64,000 bases of DNA from an uncultured bacterium (lineage in GTDB: Bacteria; Auribacterota; Erginobacteria; Erginobacterales; Erginobacteraceae). The translations under genes and the position numbers were made by a program. Positions 33,001 through 42,401 of this stretch are shown piece by piece. The stretch spans positions 32,001-96,000 of the forward strand of contig CAWGIE010000039.1 of the NCBI GenBank assembly GCA_963822585.1. Direction: 5' to 3'. Numbering within the stretch: position 1 is the stretch's first letter; every line of letters starts with the position of its first letter. The notes under the pieces are model-generated. The model was given only the letters and a program-made list of their open reading frames with translations, ran no database searches and was not told the DNA's origin.

Positions 33001-34021
33001 GCCCCCGTTGACGACCCCGACGCCAGCAATGACCCCGCCGCCGGTGAAAACACCTACTCCCGCGAAGACACCGGTCACCCCTCCGACACCTCAAACAAAC
33101 ACCCCGACACCGGCAACGACGCCCACGCCAATCATAACTCCGACACCTCAAGCAATCACACCAACGCCTGTGATCACACCCCAGGAAACTGCCACTCCGA
33201 TAAAGACACCTACCCCCAACATCTCCCGCACCCCCTCCCCCACCCCGTCCTGCGGGCCGACCGTGGCCCAGCTCCGCTTCATCCTTCAGTCGGGAGATTA
33301 CGACGGCGACGGCACCAGCGATATCGGCATCTACCGCCAGAGCGCCGGACTCTGGGCGGTCCGGGGGGTGACCCGAACTTATTTCGGCGGCCCGATCGAT
33401 CTACCCGTCTCCGGCGATTACACCGGTGACGGGACCAGTAATCTCGGCATCTTCCGCCCCACCGCCGGCCTCTGGGCCCTCCGGGGGGTCTCCCGGATTT
33501 ACTACGGTCTTCCCGGAGATTACCCGGCCCCCGCCGACTATGACGGCAACGGGATCGCCGACGTCTGCATCTTCCGCCCCAGCGCCGGTCTCTGGTCGGC
33601 CCGGGGCGTCACCCGGACCTATTTCGGCGCCGCCGGCGACAAGCCCGTGCCCGGCGATTACAAAGGATCCGGCACCGACGCCATCGGCATCTTCCGCCCC
33701 TCCTCCGGGACCTGGGCGATTCGCGGCGTCACCCGGATCTATTTCGGCGGCTTCGACGACTGGCCTCTCCCCGGCGACTACAACGGTGACGGGGCCTTTG
33801 AGGCCGCTATATTCCGTCCCTGGTCGACCGGACTCTGGGCGGTCCGGGGCGTCACCCGCTTTTACTTCGGGCGGTGCACCGATTACCCGGTCCGGGCCGA
33901 TTTCAACGGTAACGGCACTGACAACCCCGGCGTCTTCCGCCAGCACCTCGGCCTCTGGGCCGCCCGAGGGGTCACCCGGGCCTACTTCGGCGGAAGCGGG
34001 GACATACCCGTGGCAAGGTAA
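27013..34021 (+). CDS. Giant (~2300 aa) secreted C1A cysteine protease with 8 tandem beta-sandwich-like modules and C-terminal 6-repeat module (frameshifts near 27190 and 28530)
   Basis: Signal peptide 27013; [28 protein letters not shown] in the 27285 ORF; repeats [10 protein letters not shown]...AFDDVLIKC; ends GDIPVAR. Confidence 0.85.
28071..32936 (+). repeat. Intragenic tandem array: 8 copies, period ~633-640 bp (~140-aa domain plus Pro/Thr linker)
   Basis: TGCACCCGGATCGACGA recurs near 28071, 28712, 29348, 29983, 30620, 31253, 31886 and 32519. Confidence 0.95.
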
Positions 34022-34091
34022 GCATAGAGGAAGTAACCGGTTGCCACGACAGCCTATCGCGAGAGATCACGAATCACCGATTACGAAGTAC

Positions 34092-34511
34092 CTACAGGTA
34101 TGGCCGGGGTCCGGGAGCAGATTGTTCCTGCAGGATCTTCACTGTCTTGCCGTTATCGAAAAGGAATTCCCGAAAAAACTCCCCGTTCCGGGTGACCACC
34201 CATTTCCCATCCCGTTCCCCGTTGCGGTAATTCCCCTCCGCCCGCCAGGTACCCGACAGGGGATCCCGGCAGGTCTCGATCCACCGGCCGTGTGGAACCA
34301 TCTTTCCTTTCCGATTCTGATAACCCTCCCCTTCGATAGTCCATTTGAGATCATCTTCCCCAAAATCACCGATCAGATCCCGATTACTCCTGATCACCTG
34401 CAATTGATAAGACCGGATCGCCTTGCCGGGCCAGATACCAAGAGAAACAAAGATAATCACAAGGGCGAGAGGAATCAACAATGTCCAGAGTTTCAGCCTA
34501 TTATTTTTCAT
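34092..34511 (-). CDS. Membrane-anchored hypothetical protein with MORN/YwqK-like repeats
   Basis: N-terminal TM; EGxYxNxxxxGxW-type motifs (GEGYQNRKG..PHGRW; EGNYRNGERDGKW); start at ATG 34511. Confidence 0.55.
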   Translation of the reverse strand: MKNNRLKLWTLLIPLALVIIFVSLGIWPGKAIRSYQLQVIRSNRDLIGDFGEDDLKWTIEGEGYQNRKGKMVPHGRWIETCRDPLSGTWRAEGNYRNGERDGKWVVTRNGEFFREFLFDNGKTVKILQEQSAPGPRPYL

Positions 34512-34701
34512 CAGACAATAGCGCGGAAGGCGCAACTGTCTGTTGGGGAAAAATGACAATTAACGCCTCTGCCGGCACTTTATTTGGATTCAAGCATCAA
34601 ACATAAAAATACCCCTTCCACCATACCAGAAAGTCCTGTAATCTTTCTACTCTTCAACACTAAAAATCAAACACTATTTTTTTCCGGAGGAAAAAATTAC
34701 G

Positions 34702-35472
34702 ATGAAGATCGCGATCGGGGGCAAGGGGGGAACAGGCAAAACAACCCTGGCCGCCCTCCTTGCCGTGTCATTCCGCGAGAGCGGGAGCCGGGTGATCGCC
34801 GTCGATGCCGATCCCGACGCGAACCTCGCCTCAACCCTGGGTTGTCCCGGAGCCGGCAAGATCATTCCCATTGTCGAGATGCGGGGATTGATCGAAGAGC
34901 GAACCGGGGCCAAACCGGGTGGATATGGAGCGTACTTCAGGCTCAATCCCCGGGTTGACGACGTCCCGGACCGTTTCGTGGTTGATTGCCGCGGCATAAA
35001 GCTCCTGGTCATGGGAACGGTCCGAGAACCGGCTTCCGGATGCATGTGTCCGGAAAATGTCTTTCTGAAGGAACTGATTGCTCACCTCATTCTTTACCGA
35101 GACGAGATCCTGATCATGGATATGGAAGCCGGGGTCGAGCACCTTGGCCGGGGAACGGCGCAGAACGTTGACGCCTTCCTGGCAGTGGTGGAGCCGTCCG
35201 GCCAGAGCCTGGAGTCAGGAAAACGGATCATCGCCCTGGCCCGGAAACTGGGGATTCCGAACGTCCTGGCAATACTGAACAAGGTTGCTTCCGACCGGGA
35301 AATAGAATATATTAAGAACAACCTTCCGGATATTCCCATCGCCGGAATTATCTCCTACAGTTCCTCCATCCGGGATGCTTCCCTGGGAGAACGATCGATC
35401 GATGAAGTGGCCAAAGAGCTGGCGCCGGAAATACGGAAGATCAGAAAAAAGATCGAAGCGAAAAACCAGTAA
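34702..35472 (+). CDS. cooC: CO dehydrogenase nickel-insertion ATPase CooC/AcsF
   Basis: MKIAIGGKGGTGKTT, DADPDANL, GCMCPEN, DMEAGVEHLGRG. Confidence 0.93.
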   Translation: MKIAIGGKGGTGKTTLAALLAVSFRESGSRVIAVDADPDANLASTLGCPGAGKIIPIVEMRGLIEERTGAKPGGYGAYFRLNPRVDDVPDRFVVDCRGIKLLVMGTVREPASGCMCPENVFLKELIAHLILYRDEILIMDMEAGVEHLGRGTAQNVDAFLAVVEPSGQSLESGKRIIALARKLGIPNVLAILNKVASDREIEYIKNNLPDIPIAGIISYSSSIRDASLGERSIDEVAKELAPEIRKIRKKIEAKNQ

Positions 35473-35676
35473 TGAAGGATCGTCCTTTCGCTTCGCTGCC
35501 CTTCGGCAGGCTCAGGGTCTGCGACAGGACTTGTAGGATCAGAATGCCTTCGGCATTCTTTGTAGGAATTATAGGATCGCTTCGCTTGCGGTTCAGCAAG
35601 CCTTGCCTCCGATAAGGCGATACTACATTTCCTACATCTACTGCAAGTCATGAACGGAGTGAAGGACGATCCTACA
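35473..35676. mobile_element. ~200 bp MITE/REPIN-like element, copy 2 (between cooC and cooS)
   Basis: Reverse complement of 14675-14878; ends TGAAGGATCGTCCTT...AAGGACGATCCTACA. Confidence 0.75.
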
Positions 35677-35752
35677 TAAATTTGCGAGCCCCGATTTTAT
35701 CCCGATTAAAACTTCGGGACGGAGGCGGGGTAGACTGCGCGAGCTAATTTAT

Positions 35753-37714
35753 ATGACCATTTACCCCGAAACGCATCCGGAAGCGGGACCGGTGGAAGCC
35801 TTCGAAAAGGCCTGCCGGGACGATATCGAGATATCCTGGCAACGCCTGGAGGATCAACAACCACAATGCGGATTCGGCTCCCTGGGCATCTGCTGCCGTC
35901 TCTGCCGGATGGGTCCATGCCGGATCGACCCCTTCGGGGAAGGCCCCCAGAAAGGGGTCTGCGGCGCCACTGCCGACGTAATCGCCGCCCGTAACCTGAT
36001 CCGCATGATCGCCGCCGGCGCGGCCGCCCACTCCGATCACGGACGCGATATCGCCCACACGCTCCTGTTGGCCGCACGCGGCGATGCCGAAGGTTATTCC
36101 GTGAAGGACGAGGAAAAACTCAAGACGGTTGCCGCCGACATCGGGATCGCGACCGCGGGAAAAGAAACCGGCCGGATCGCGGAAGAGGTGGGGATGAAAT
36201 TGCTGGCGGAGTTCGGGCGCCAGGGAGGAGAACTTCTCTTTACCGGCCGAGCGCCGGAGAAACGGCAGAAAATCTGGCGGGAAGAGGGCTTGACCCCCCG
36301 GGGGATCGACCGTGAGATCGTGGAGATCATGCACCGGACCCACATGGGAGTGGATAATGACGCCGAGAATTTGATCCGGCAGGGCATCCGGGCTTCCCTG
36401 GGGGATGGCTGGGGGGGGTCCATGATCGCCACCGAGCTCAGTGATGTTCTCTTCCGGCTTCCTCAACCCATCCGGTCTCAGGTCAACCTGGGCGTTCTCC
36501 GCCAAGACGAGGTTAACATCGTCGTTCACGGACATGAACCGACCCTCTCCGATATCATCGTGGACGCGGCCCGGGACCCCCAGCTCCTGGAACTGGCCCG
36601 GGCAAAGGGGGCGAAGGGGATCAACCTGGCCGGGATCTGCTGCACCGCCAACGAGATCCTGATGCGGCACGGGATCCCGATCGCGGGCAATTTTCTCCAG
36701 CAGGAACTGGCAATCGCCACCGGGGCGGTCGATCTGATGCTGGTCGATGTCCAGTGTGTCATGCCCGCCCTGGGGAGCCTCTGCCAGTGCTATCACACCC
36801 GGCTGGTATCCACATCTCCCAAGGCAAAATTCCCCTTCGCCGAACACATTGAATTCCGGGAGAAGGAAGCACTCGAAACCGCGAAAAAAATCGTCCGGAT
36901 GGCAGTGGAGAACTTCCCCAACCGGAAGAAGAAGATGGTCTCCATCCCTTCCGATCAGATCACGGACCTGGTCGCCGGCTTCACGCCCGAAAACGCGTCC
37001 CGCTTTCTCGGAGGGAAATACCGATCAACATACCGTCCCCTCAATGACGCGATCATCTCGGGCAGGCTCCGGGGAGCCGCCGGCGTGGTCGGCTGCAACA
37101 ATCCCCAGATTCCTCATGACGCGAATCATGTCCGGATGGCGAAAGAGCTGCTCCGGCATGATGTTTTGGTGGTCGCCACTGGCTGCTCGGCCATCGGCAT
37201 GGCCAAAGCCGGACTCCTCCAACCCGAATCGGCCTACGCCTACGCCGGACGGGGCCTGCGGGAGGTCTGTGAAGCAGTGGGGATCCCCCCCGTCCTCCAT
37301 CTCGGCTCCTGCGTGGACTGCAGTCGGATCCTGATCACCCTCTGTAATATCCTTAAGGAAGGAGGCCTGGGAGAAGATATTTCCGATCTCCCGGTAGCCG
37401 GCGCCGCGCCGGAGTGGATGAGCGAAAAAGCGGTCTCGATCGGCTTTTACTTCGTTGCTTCCGGCGTCTATACCGTCATCAATCCGAGTCTGCCGGTTGA
37501 GGGCGCACCGGGAACACTCGAACTGGTGACCCGGGGAATGAGAAAAATTGTCGGCGCCTCCTTTGCTTTCGAGAACGATCCCATCAAGAGCGCCCGACTG
37601 ATGATCGAACACATCGATCGGAAGCGGGAGGCGCTGAAGCTGGCCCCGGTGATGTATGAACCGGGAAAAAGTGAGGAATCAGCGATCGACAATAAAAAAG
37701 CGAATGAAGAATGA
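35753..37714 (+). CDS. cooS: Anaerobic Ni,Fe carbon-monoxide dehydrogenase catalytic subunit (CooS/AcsA)
   Basis: QCGFG..GICC..C.MGPC (D/B clusters), HGHEP, GICCTANE, VDVQC, VGCNN, TGCS, GSCVD, WMSEKA. Confidence 0.96.
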   Translation: MTIYPETHPEAGPVEAFEKACRDDIEISWQRLEDQQPQCGFGSLGICCRLCRMGPCRIDPFGEGPQKGVCGATADVIAARNLIRMIAAGAAAHSDHGRDIAHTLLLAARGDAEGYSVKDEEKLKTVAADIGIATAGKETGRIAEEVGMKLLAEFGRQGGELLFTGRAPEKRQKIWREEGLTPRGIDREIVEIMHRTHMGVDNDAENLIRQGIRASLGDGWGGSMIATELSDVLFRLPQPIRSQVNLGVLRQDEVNIVVHGHEPTLSDIIVDAARDPQLLELARAKGAKGINLAGICCTANEILMRHGIPIAGNFLQQELAIATGAVDLMLVDVQCVMPALGSLCQCYHTRLVSTSPKAKFPFAEHIEFREKEALETAKKIVRMAVENFPNRKKKMVSIPSDQITDLVAGFTPENASRFLGGKYRSTYRPLNDAIISGRLRGAAGVVGCNNPQIPHDANHVRMAKELLRHDVLVVATGCSAIGMAKAGLLQPESAYAYAGRGLREVCEAVGIPPVLHLGSCVDCSRILITLCNILKEGGLGEDISDLPVAGAAPEWMSEKAVSIGFYFVASGVYTVINPSLPVEGAPGTLELVTRGMRKIVGASFAFENDPIKSARLMIEHIDRKREALKLAPVMYEPGKSEESAIDNKKANEE

Positions 37715-37863
37715 CTAAATTCGAATAACGAAAGAACGACCAAGCCCGAATGACCAATCTGAAGGCAGCACATCCGGATTGAGATTAAATCATTTTACAT
37801 TTGAGAATTGGGATTTCCTTCGGGTTTCGTCATTAGCCAGTGCCGAAGGCGCCGATACATATT

Positions 37864-38349
37864 ATGCGACGAGTCTATTGTTTGATCAGCCGCTGTCTGG
37901 GCTGCCGGAGCTGTGAGATCGCCTGCGCGGTGGCGCACTCCGGCTCCCGTCAACTGGAACAGGCGCTTCAGGAGGAGCTCCGTCCCCGGCAGAGGATGCG
38001 CGTGGAATCAGTACGGCGGCAGCCCTTCCCTATCCAGTGCCGCCACTGCGATGACCCCGCCTGCGCTGAAGCCTGCATCGCGGGGGCGATCAGAAAAGAT
38101 CCTCAAACCGGTCTCGTCACCTCGGACCCCGACCGATGCGTCGGATGCTGGATGTGCGTGATGGCGTGCCCTTACGGGGTCATCGCCCGCAGCAAGGAAG
38201 ACGGGGTCGCTCTCAAGTGCGATCAGTGCCGGGAATTGGAGACGCCGGCCTGTGTTGAAGCCTGCCCGACGGGAGCCCTGTACTTCTGCGAAAGAGAGGA
38301 GTTCGAGGAGATCCTCCGCCGCGAAGCCGCTCGGATGAAGACGGCATGA
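37864..38349 (+). CDS. cooF: CooF-like 4Fe-4S dicluster protein
   Basis: CLGCRSCEIAC, QCRHCDDPACAEAC, CVGCWMCVMACPYG, KCDQC...PACVEACPTGAL; start at ATG 37864. Confidence 0.85.
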   Translation: MRRVYCLISRCLGCRSCEIACAVAHSGSRQLEQALQEELRPRQRMRVESVRRQPFPIQCRHCDDPACAEACIAGAIRKDPQTGLVTSDPDRCVGCWMCVMACPYGVIARSKEDGVALKCDQCRELETPACVEACPTGALYFCEREEFEEILRREAARMKTA

Positions 38350-38501
38350 GACACATGGCGAGCAGGATTGTGATAACATTAAAGTTAATGCCTGAATAAT
38401 GCTGTCATGGGAGGGGGATGCTTTCAGCACTCCAATACTCCATCACTCCAACACTCCATAATAGCTTCACCTGTAGTTAGTCAACAACCTGAGTTATTAA
38501 A

Positions 38502-39809
38502 ATGGATCCGGATCCTGGACACGTCATTATCGGAAGCAGCGCGGCCGGAATGGCCGCCAGTGAAGCCATCCGGGCCGATGACGCCGAGACCCCGATCACG
38601 GTGATATCCGACGAGGTCCATGGACCGTATTCACGCTGCCTGCTTTCATACTACTTAGCCGGCAAACGCCCAAAAGAAGACCTCCGGATCCGGGACAAGG
38701 ATTATTACCGGGAGAACCGGATTCGTGCCCTGCCGGGGAAGAAGGCGGTCCGGCTCGACACCGGCCGGAAAATCGTGTTCCTGGAAGACAGGGAAGAAAT
38801 ACCCTATCGCACCCTGCTGCTGGCCACGGGAGGGGGTCCCCAATTCCCTTCCCTGCCGGGGATCGGCGCCGACGGCGTAGTGGGGATGAGGACTCTGGAC
38901 GATGTGGAAAAGCTGATCGAGCTGGCCCGGGAAGCCGGCGAGGCGGTCATCCTGGGGGGAGGTTTGATCGGCTGCAAGGCCGCCTATGGCCTGCGGGAAC
39001 GGGGGCTGAAAGTAACCATCGCCATCGGTTCAAACCGGGTGCTCAGCCAGATGCTGGATCTGAAGGCCGCCGGGATTTTTCGCTCCGTTTTCGAAAACCA
39101 CGGAATAACAATAACAACCGGGATGAAAGCGCGGGAAATTCTGACCGAGAATGATCGTGTTGCCGGTGTCGCCTTCGAGAACGGTGAGGTGCTGCCGTGC
39201 CGGATAGTGGTGGTCGGCAAAGGGGTTTCCCCCCGGATTGAGTTAACGCTCCGGACCCCCATCGCCACCGAATGGGGAATTCTGGTTGACGATCATATGG
39301 CAACCAGCGTGGAGGATGTTTATGCCGCCGGCGACGCGGCCCAGGCCCCCAACCTGTTCGGCGGGGAAAAGACGGTCAACTCTCTCTGGCCGGTGGCCAT
39401 GGAACAGGGACGGATCGCCGGCCATAACATGGCCGGAGGGGAGGAGATTTATCCGGGTTCCCTGGGGATGAACGCGATCGATTTTTACGGCATCGAGGTT
39501 ATCGCCGCCGGAAAAGTAACCGGCCTGACGGACGAATACGAAGTCATCATCAGCGATCGATCCGACCGCGGGATCTATAAGAAATTGGTCATCAAAGACA
39601 CTCTGCCGGTCGGCGTGATTCTGGTCGGCGAGATCGATTCGGCGGGGGTGATCATCCACCTGATAAAGAAAAGAGCGCAGGTGGATCTTTTAAAAGACGT
39701 CATCTTCAGCCGTCACTTCGACTTCGGAAAGGCGGCCGGCGTCATGGGACCCGATGCCCGGGACGATTTTCCGTCTCTGGAGTTATTAAATATTCAACGA
39801 AGAATTTGA
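38502..39809 (+). CDS. FAD-dependent NAD(P) oxidoreductase (FNOR, NirB/rubredoxin-reductase-like)
   Basis: IIGSSAAG, LLLATG, ILGGGLIG, TS..DVYAAGDAA. Confidence 0.88.
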   Translation: MDPDPGHVIIGSSAAGMAASEAIRADDAETPITVISDEVHGPYSRCLLSYYLAGKRPKEDLRIRDKDYYRENRIRALPGKKAVRLDTGRKIVFLEDREEIPYRTLLLATGGGPQFPSLPGIGADGVVGMRTLDDVEKLIELAREAGEAVILGGGLIGCKAAYGLRERGLKVTIAIGSNRVLSQMLDLKAAGIFRSVFENHGITITTGMKAREILTENDRVAGVAFENGEVLPCRIVVVGKGVSPRIELTLRTPIATEWGILVDDHMATSVEDVYAAGDAAQAPNLFGGEKTVNSLWPVAMEQGRIAGHNMAGGEEIYPGSLGMNAIDFYGIEVIAAGKVTGLTDEYEVIISDRSDRGIYKKLVIKDTLPVGVILVGEIDSAGVIIHLIKKRAQVDLLKDVIFSRHFDFGKAAGVMGPDARDDFPSLELLNIQRRI

Positions 39810-39820
39810 AATAAATTAAA

Positions 39821-39985
39821 ATGGTTCTCAGTCATTTTGTGTGGGTAAATACTGGCTCTTATGGAGTGCAGTGACCATGTCACTGCATGCATTGACACGG
39901 TCAATGCACTCCAAAATTGCTACAAGATGTCATTAAACCAACTATCAGAGTAATAACCGCCCACACAATAATGACTGAGAACCAT
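39821..39985. mobile_element. 165 bp MITE with ~25 bp terminal inverted repeats and possible TAAA target duplication
   Basis: ATGGTTCTCAGTCATTTTGTGTGGG ... CCCACACAATAATGACTGAGAACCAT, flanked by TAAA on both sides; internal GGAGTGCA...TGCACTCC palindrome. Confidence 0.7.
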
Positions 39986-40011
39986 TAAAATTTTCCGGAG
40001 GAAAATTTTAC

Positions 40012-42189
40012 ATGTCCAAGATCATCGCCAGCGGCGCCATCCGGGGGAGCCGTGAAATCTACCGGATGGCGGAAGAGAAGTTCAACCAAGCCCGGGAGGA
40101 GAAAGGCGGGGGCCAGAAAATCGGCTTCCCGGAGACCGCCTTCTATCTGCCGATGGCCTACACTCTCCTGGGGGCGGAAGTAAAAACGCTGGACGATGTG
40201 GAGCCGGTCCTGGAGGAGGCAGCCGGACTTCTGCCCCCGGTTCCGTCCGAAAAACTCTGGCTTCCCTACCTGGGGGACACCCTGGACGCCGGCATCGCCA
40301 CGCTGCTGGCCGAAGAGATCACCATGGCCCTCCGCTACCTTTACGGGGAAGAGCCCCAACCCGACTGCAACGGCTTTTTCACCGACACCATCCTGAGAAC
40401 TCTCGGGATCCAGCTGGTTGACGGGAGGATGCCCGGTTTCGCCGCCATCCTCGGCGCGGCCCCCGACGCCGAGACCGCCGTCAGGATCGTCCGCGAGCTG
40501 CAAAAAAGGAGCATCCTGATCTTTGCCGGCTCCGAAAGTTCCGGCGTGAGCATCATCGACCAGCTGAAAGAAGCCGGGGTCGAGATGGGATGGGATACCT
40601 ACATCGTCCCTTACGGCCGGGACACCGTGAGCGCGATCTATCCCCTTAACTGGGCCATCCGGGCCGCCCTCACCTTCGGCGGCCTGAAGAAAGGCCAGGG
40701 ACGGGAGGCGCTCCTCTACTGCAAAAACCGGGTCTTCGCCTTCGGCCTGGCCCTGGGGGAAGTGGACGATCTCAAGTATGCCACCGCCGCCGGGGCGATC
40801 AACATGGGGTTCCCGATCATCGCCGATACCGAGATACCCGAGATACGGCCGACCGGGATCTGCACTTACGAGCATGTGGTCACCGAATTCGACTACGAGA
40901 AGATCGTCCCCCTCTGCATCGAGACCCGGGGCGTCAAGGTCACGGTCCAGGATATTCCGATCCCGGTCTCCTATTCTCCGGCCTTTGAGGGCGAGAGGGT
41001 GAGGAAGGAAAACATGCGGGTCCAGTTCGGCAGCAAATACTCCACGGCTTTCGAGTTTCTCGCGATGGACGAGTTGAGCCGGGTCGAGGACGGGAAGATC
41101 GAGCTGATCGGAAAAGACCTGGACGACGTCGAGGATGGCGGACACCTTCCCCTGGGGATCGTGGTAACGGTGGCCGGCCGGAAGATGCAGAAGGATTTCG
41201 AGTCGATCCTGGAGAGGCATATTCACACCTTCATCAACGAAGCGATGGGGGTGATGCACACCGGCCAGAGAAACATCGTCTGGCTCCGGATCAGCAAGGA
41301 TGCCTTTAAATCCGGTTTCCGTCTCCCCCACCTGGGAGAGATCCTGGTCGCCCGGCTCCACAATGACTTCGGGGCCATCGTCGACAAGGTCCAGGTCCGC
41401 ATCTACACCGGGCAGGAGGACGTCGAGGAACATCTAAAAAAGGCGACGGCATCTTACACCGAGCGCGACGAGCGGATCGGGGGGATGACCGACGAGTCGG
41501 TGGACACCTTCTACAGCTGCACCCTTTGCCAGAGCTTCGCCCCCAATCATGTCTGCATCATCAGCCCCGAGCGATTGGGACTCTGCGGCGCCTATAACTG
41601 GCTGGACGGGAAAGCCTCCCATGAGATCAATCCCAACGGCCCCAACCAGCCGGTTAAAAAACAGCGCTGTATCGACCCGGTGAAGGGGCAGTGGGAAGGG
41701 ATTAACGAGTTCGTCTACCAGGCCTCCAACCTCTCGCTTCGGCGTTTCAGCGCCTACTCGATGATGATCGACCCGATGACTTCCTGCGGCTGCTTCGAGT
41801 GCATCCTGGCCATCATCCCGGAGGCGAACGGGGTGATGGTGGTCAACCGGGAGTATCCCGCCATGACACCATCCGGAATGGACTTCATCACCCTGGCCGG
41901 GATGGTCGGGGGCGGCGTCCAGACGCCGGGGTTCCTGGGAGTGGGTAGACTCTACCTCCTGAGCAATAAATTCATCTCCGGGGACGGCGGACTGAAGAGG
42001 CTGGTCTGGCTGCCCCGGGAATTAAAAGAATACCTGAAAGAGCGCCTGATCCGGCGGGGCGGGGAGATCGGCATCCCCGATTTTTACGACATGCTTGCCG
42101 ACGAGACAGTGGCCGCGGACTCGGCCTCCCTGCTGGAGTTCCTCCAGAAGGTCAACCATCCCGCTCTCACGATGGACCCGATGTTCTAA
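40012..42189 (+). CDS. acsB: Acetyl-CoA synthase (CODH/ACS beta subunit, bacterial type)
   Basis: FPETAFYLP, YSCTLCQSFAPNHVC, PER.GLCGA, PMTSCGCFE, GGG.QTPGF. Confidence 0.96.
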   Translation: MSKIIASGAIRGSREIYRMAEEKFNQAREEKGGGQKIGFPETAFYLPMAYTLLGAEVKTLDDVEPVLEEAAGLLPPVPSEKLWLPYLGDTLDAGIATLLAEEITMALRYLYGEEPQPDCNGFFTDTILRTLGIQLVDGRMPGFAAILGAAPDAETAVRIVRELQKRSILIFAGSESSGVSIIDQLKEAGVEMGWDTYIVPYGRDTVSAIYPLNWAIRAALTFGGLKKGQGREALLYCKNRVFAFGLALGEVDDLKYATAAGAINMGFPIIADTEIPEIRPTGICTYEHVVTEFDYEKIVPLCIETRGVKVTVQDIPIPVSYSPAFEGERVRKENMRVQFGSKYSTAFEFLAMDELSRVEDGKIELIGKDLDDVEDGGHLPLGIVVTVAGRKMQKDFESILERHIHTFINEAMGVMHTGQRNIVWLRISKDAFKSGFRLPHLGEILVARLHNDFGAIVDKVQVRIYTGQEDVEEHLKKATASYTERDERIGGMTDESVDTFYSCTLCQSFAPNHVCIISPERLGLCGAYNWLDGKASHEINPNGPNQPVKKQRCIDPVKGQWEGINEFVYQASNLSLRRFSAYSMMIDPMTSCGCFECILAIIPEANGVMVVNREYPAMTPSGMDFITLAGMVGGGVQTPGFLGVGRLYLLSNKFISGDGGLKRLVWLPRELKEYLKERLIRRGGEIGIPDFYDMLADETVAADSASLLEFLQKVNHPALTMDPMF

Positions 42190-42401
42190 TTTTCCCTAAG
42201 GTAACACAGACATTCCTGTCTGTGATCTAGAGCAACTGCCTCCACCTCACCCCCCGCCACTGCCCTTCGGATTGCGGTATCCCGGCGGATCCCCTCTCCT
42301 CCCAAAAATCGGGGTGTTTTACTCGTTACCACGCTCTGCTATGTAACGACCAGCCTTCCATTCCCACGCTGAGCGTGGGAATGAGAAAACGAAAATTGAC
42401 T

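Noticed and set aside
28900..33429. His/Arg-rich alternative-frame ORFs in the repeat array
   Set aside because: Off-frame readings of the Pro/Thr linkers and repeats
37300..37330. CooS GSCVDCSR instead of the usual GSCVDNSR
   Set aside because: All C-cluster ligands are present; a single substitution cannot be judged significant without an alignment
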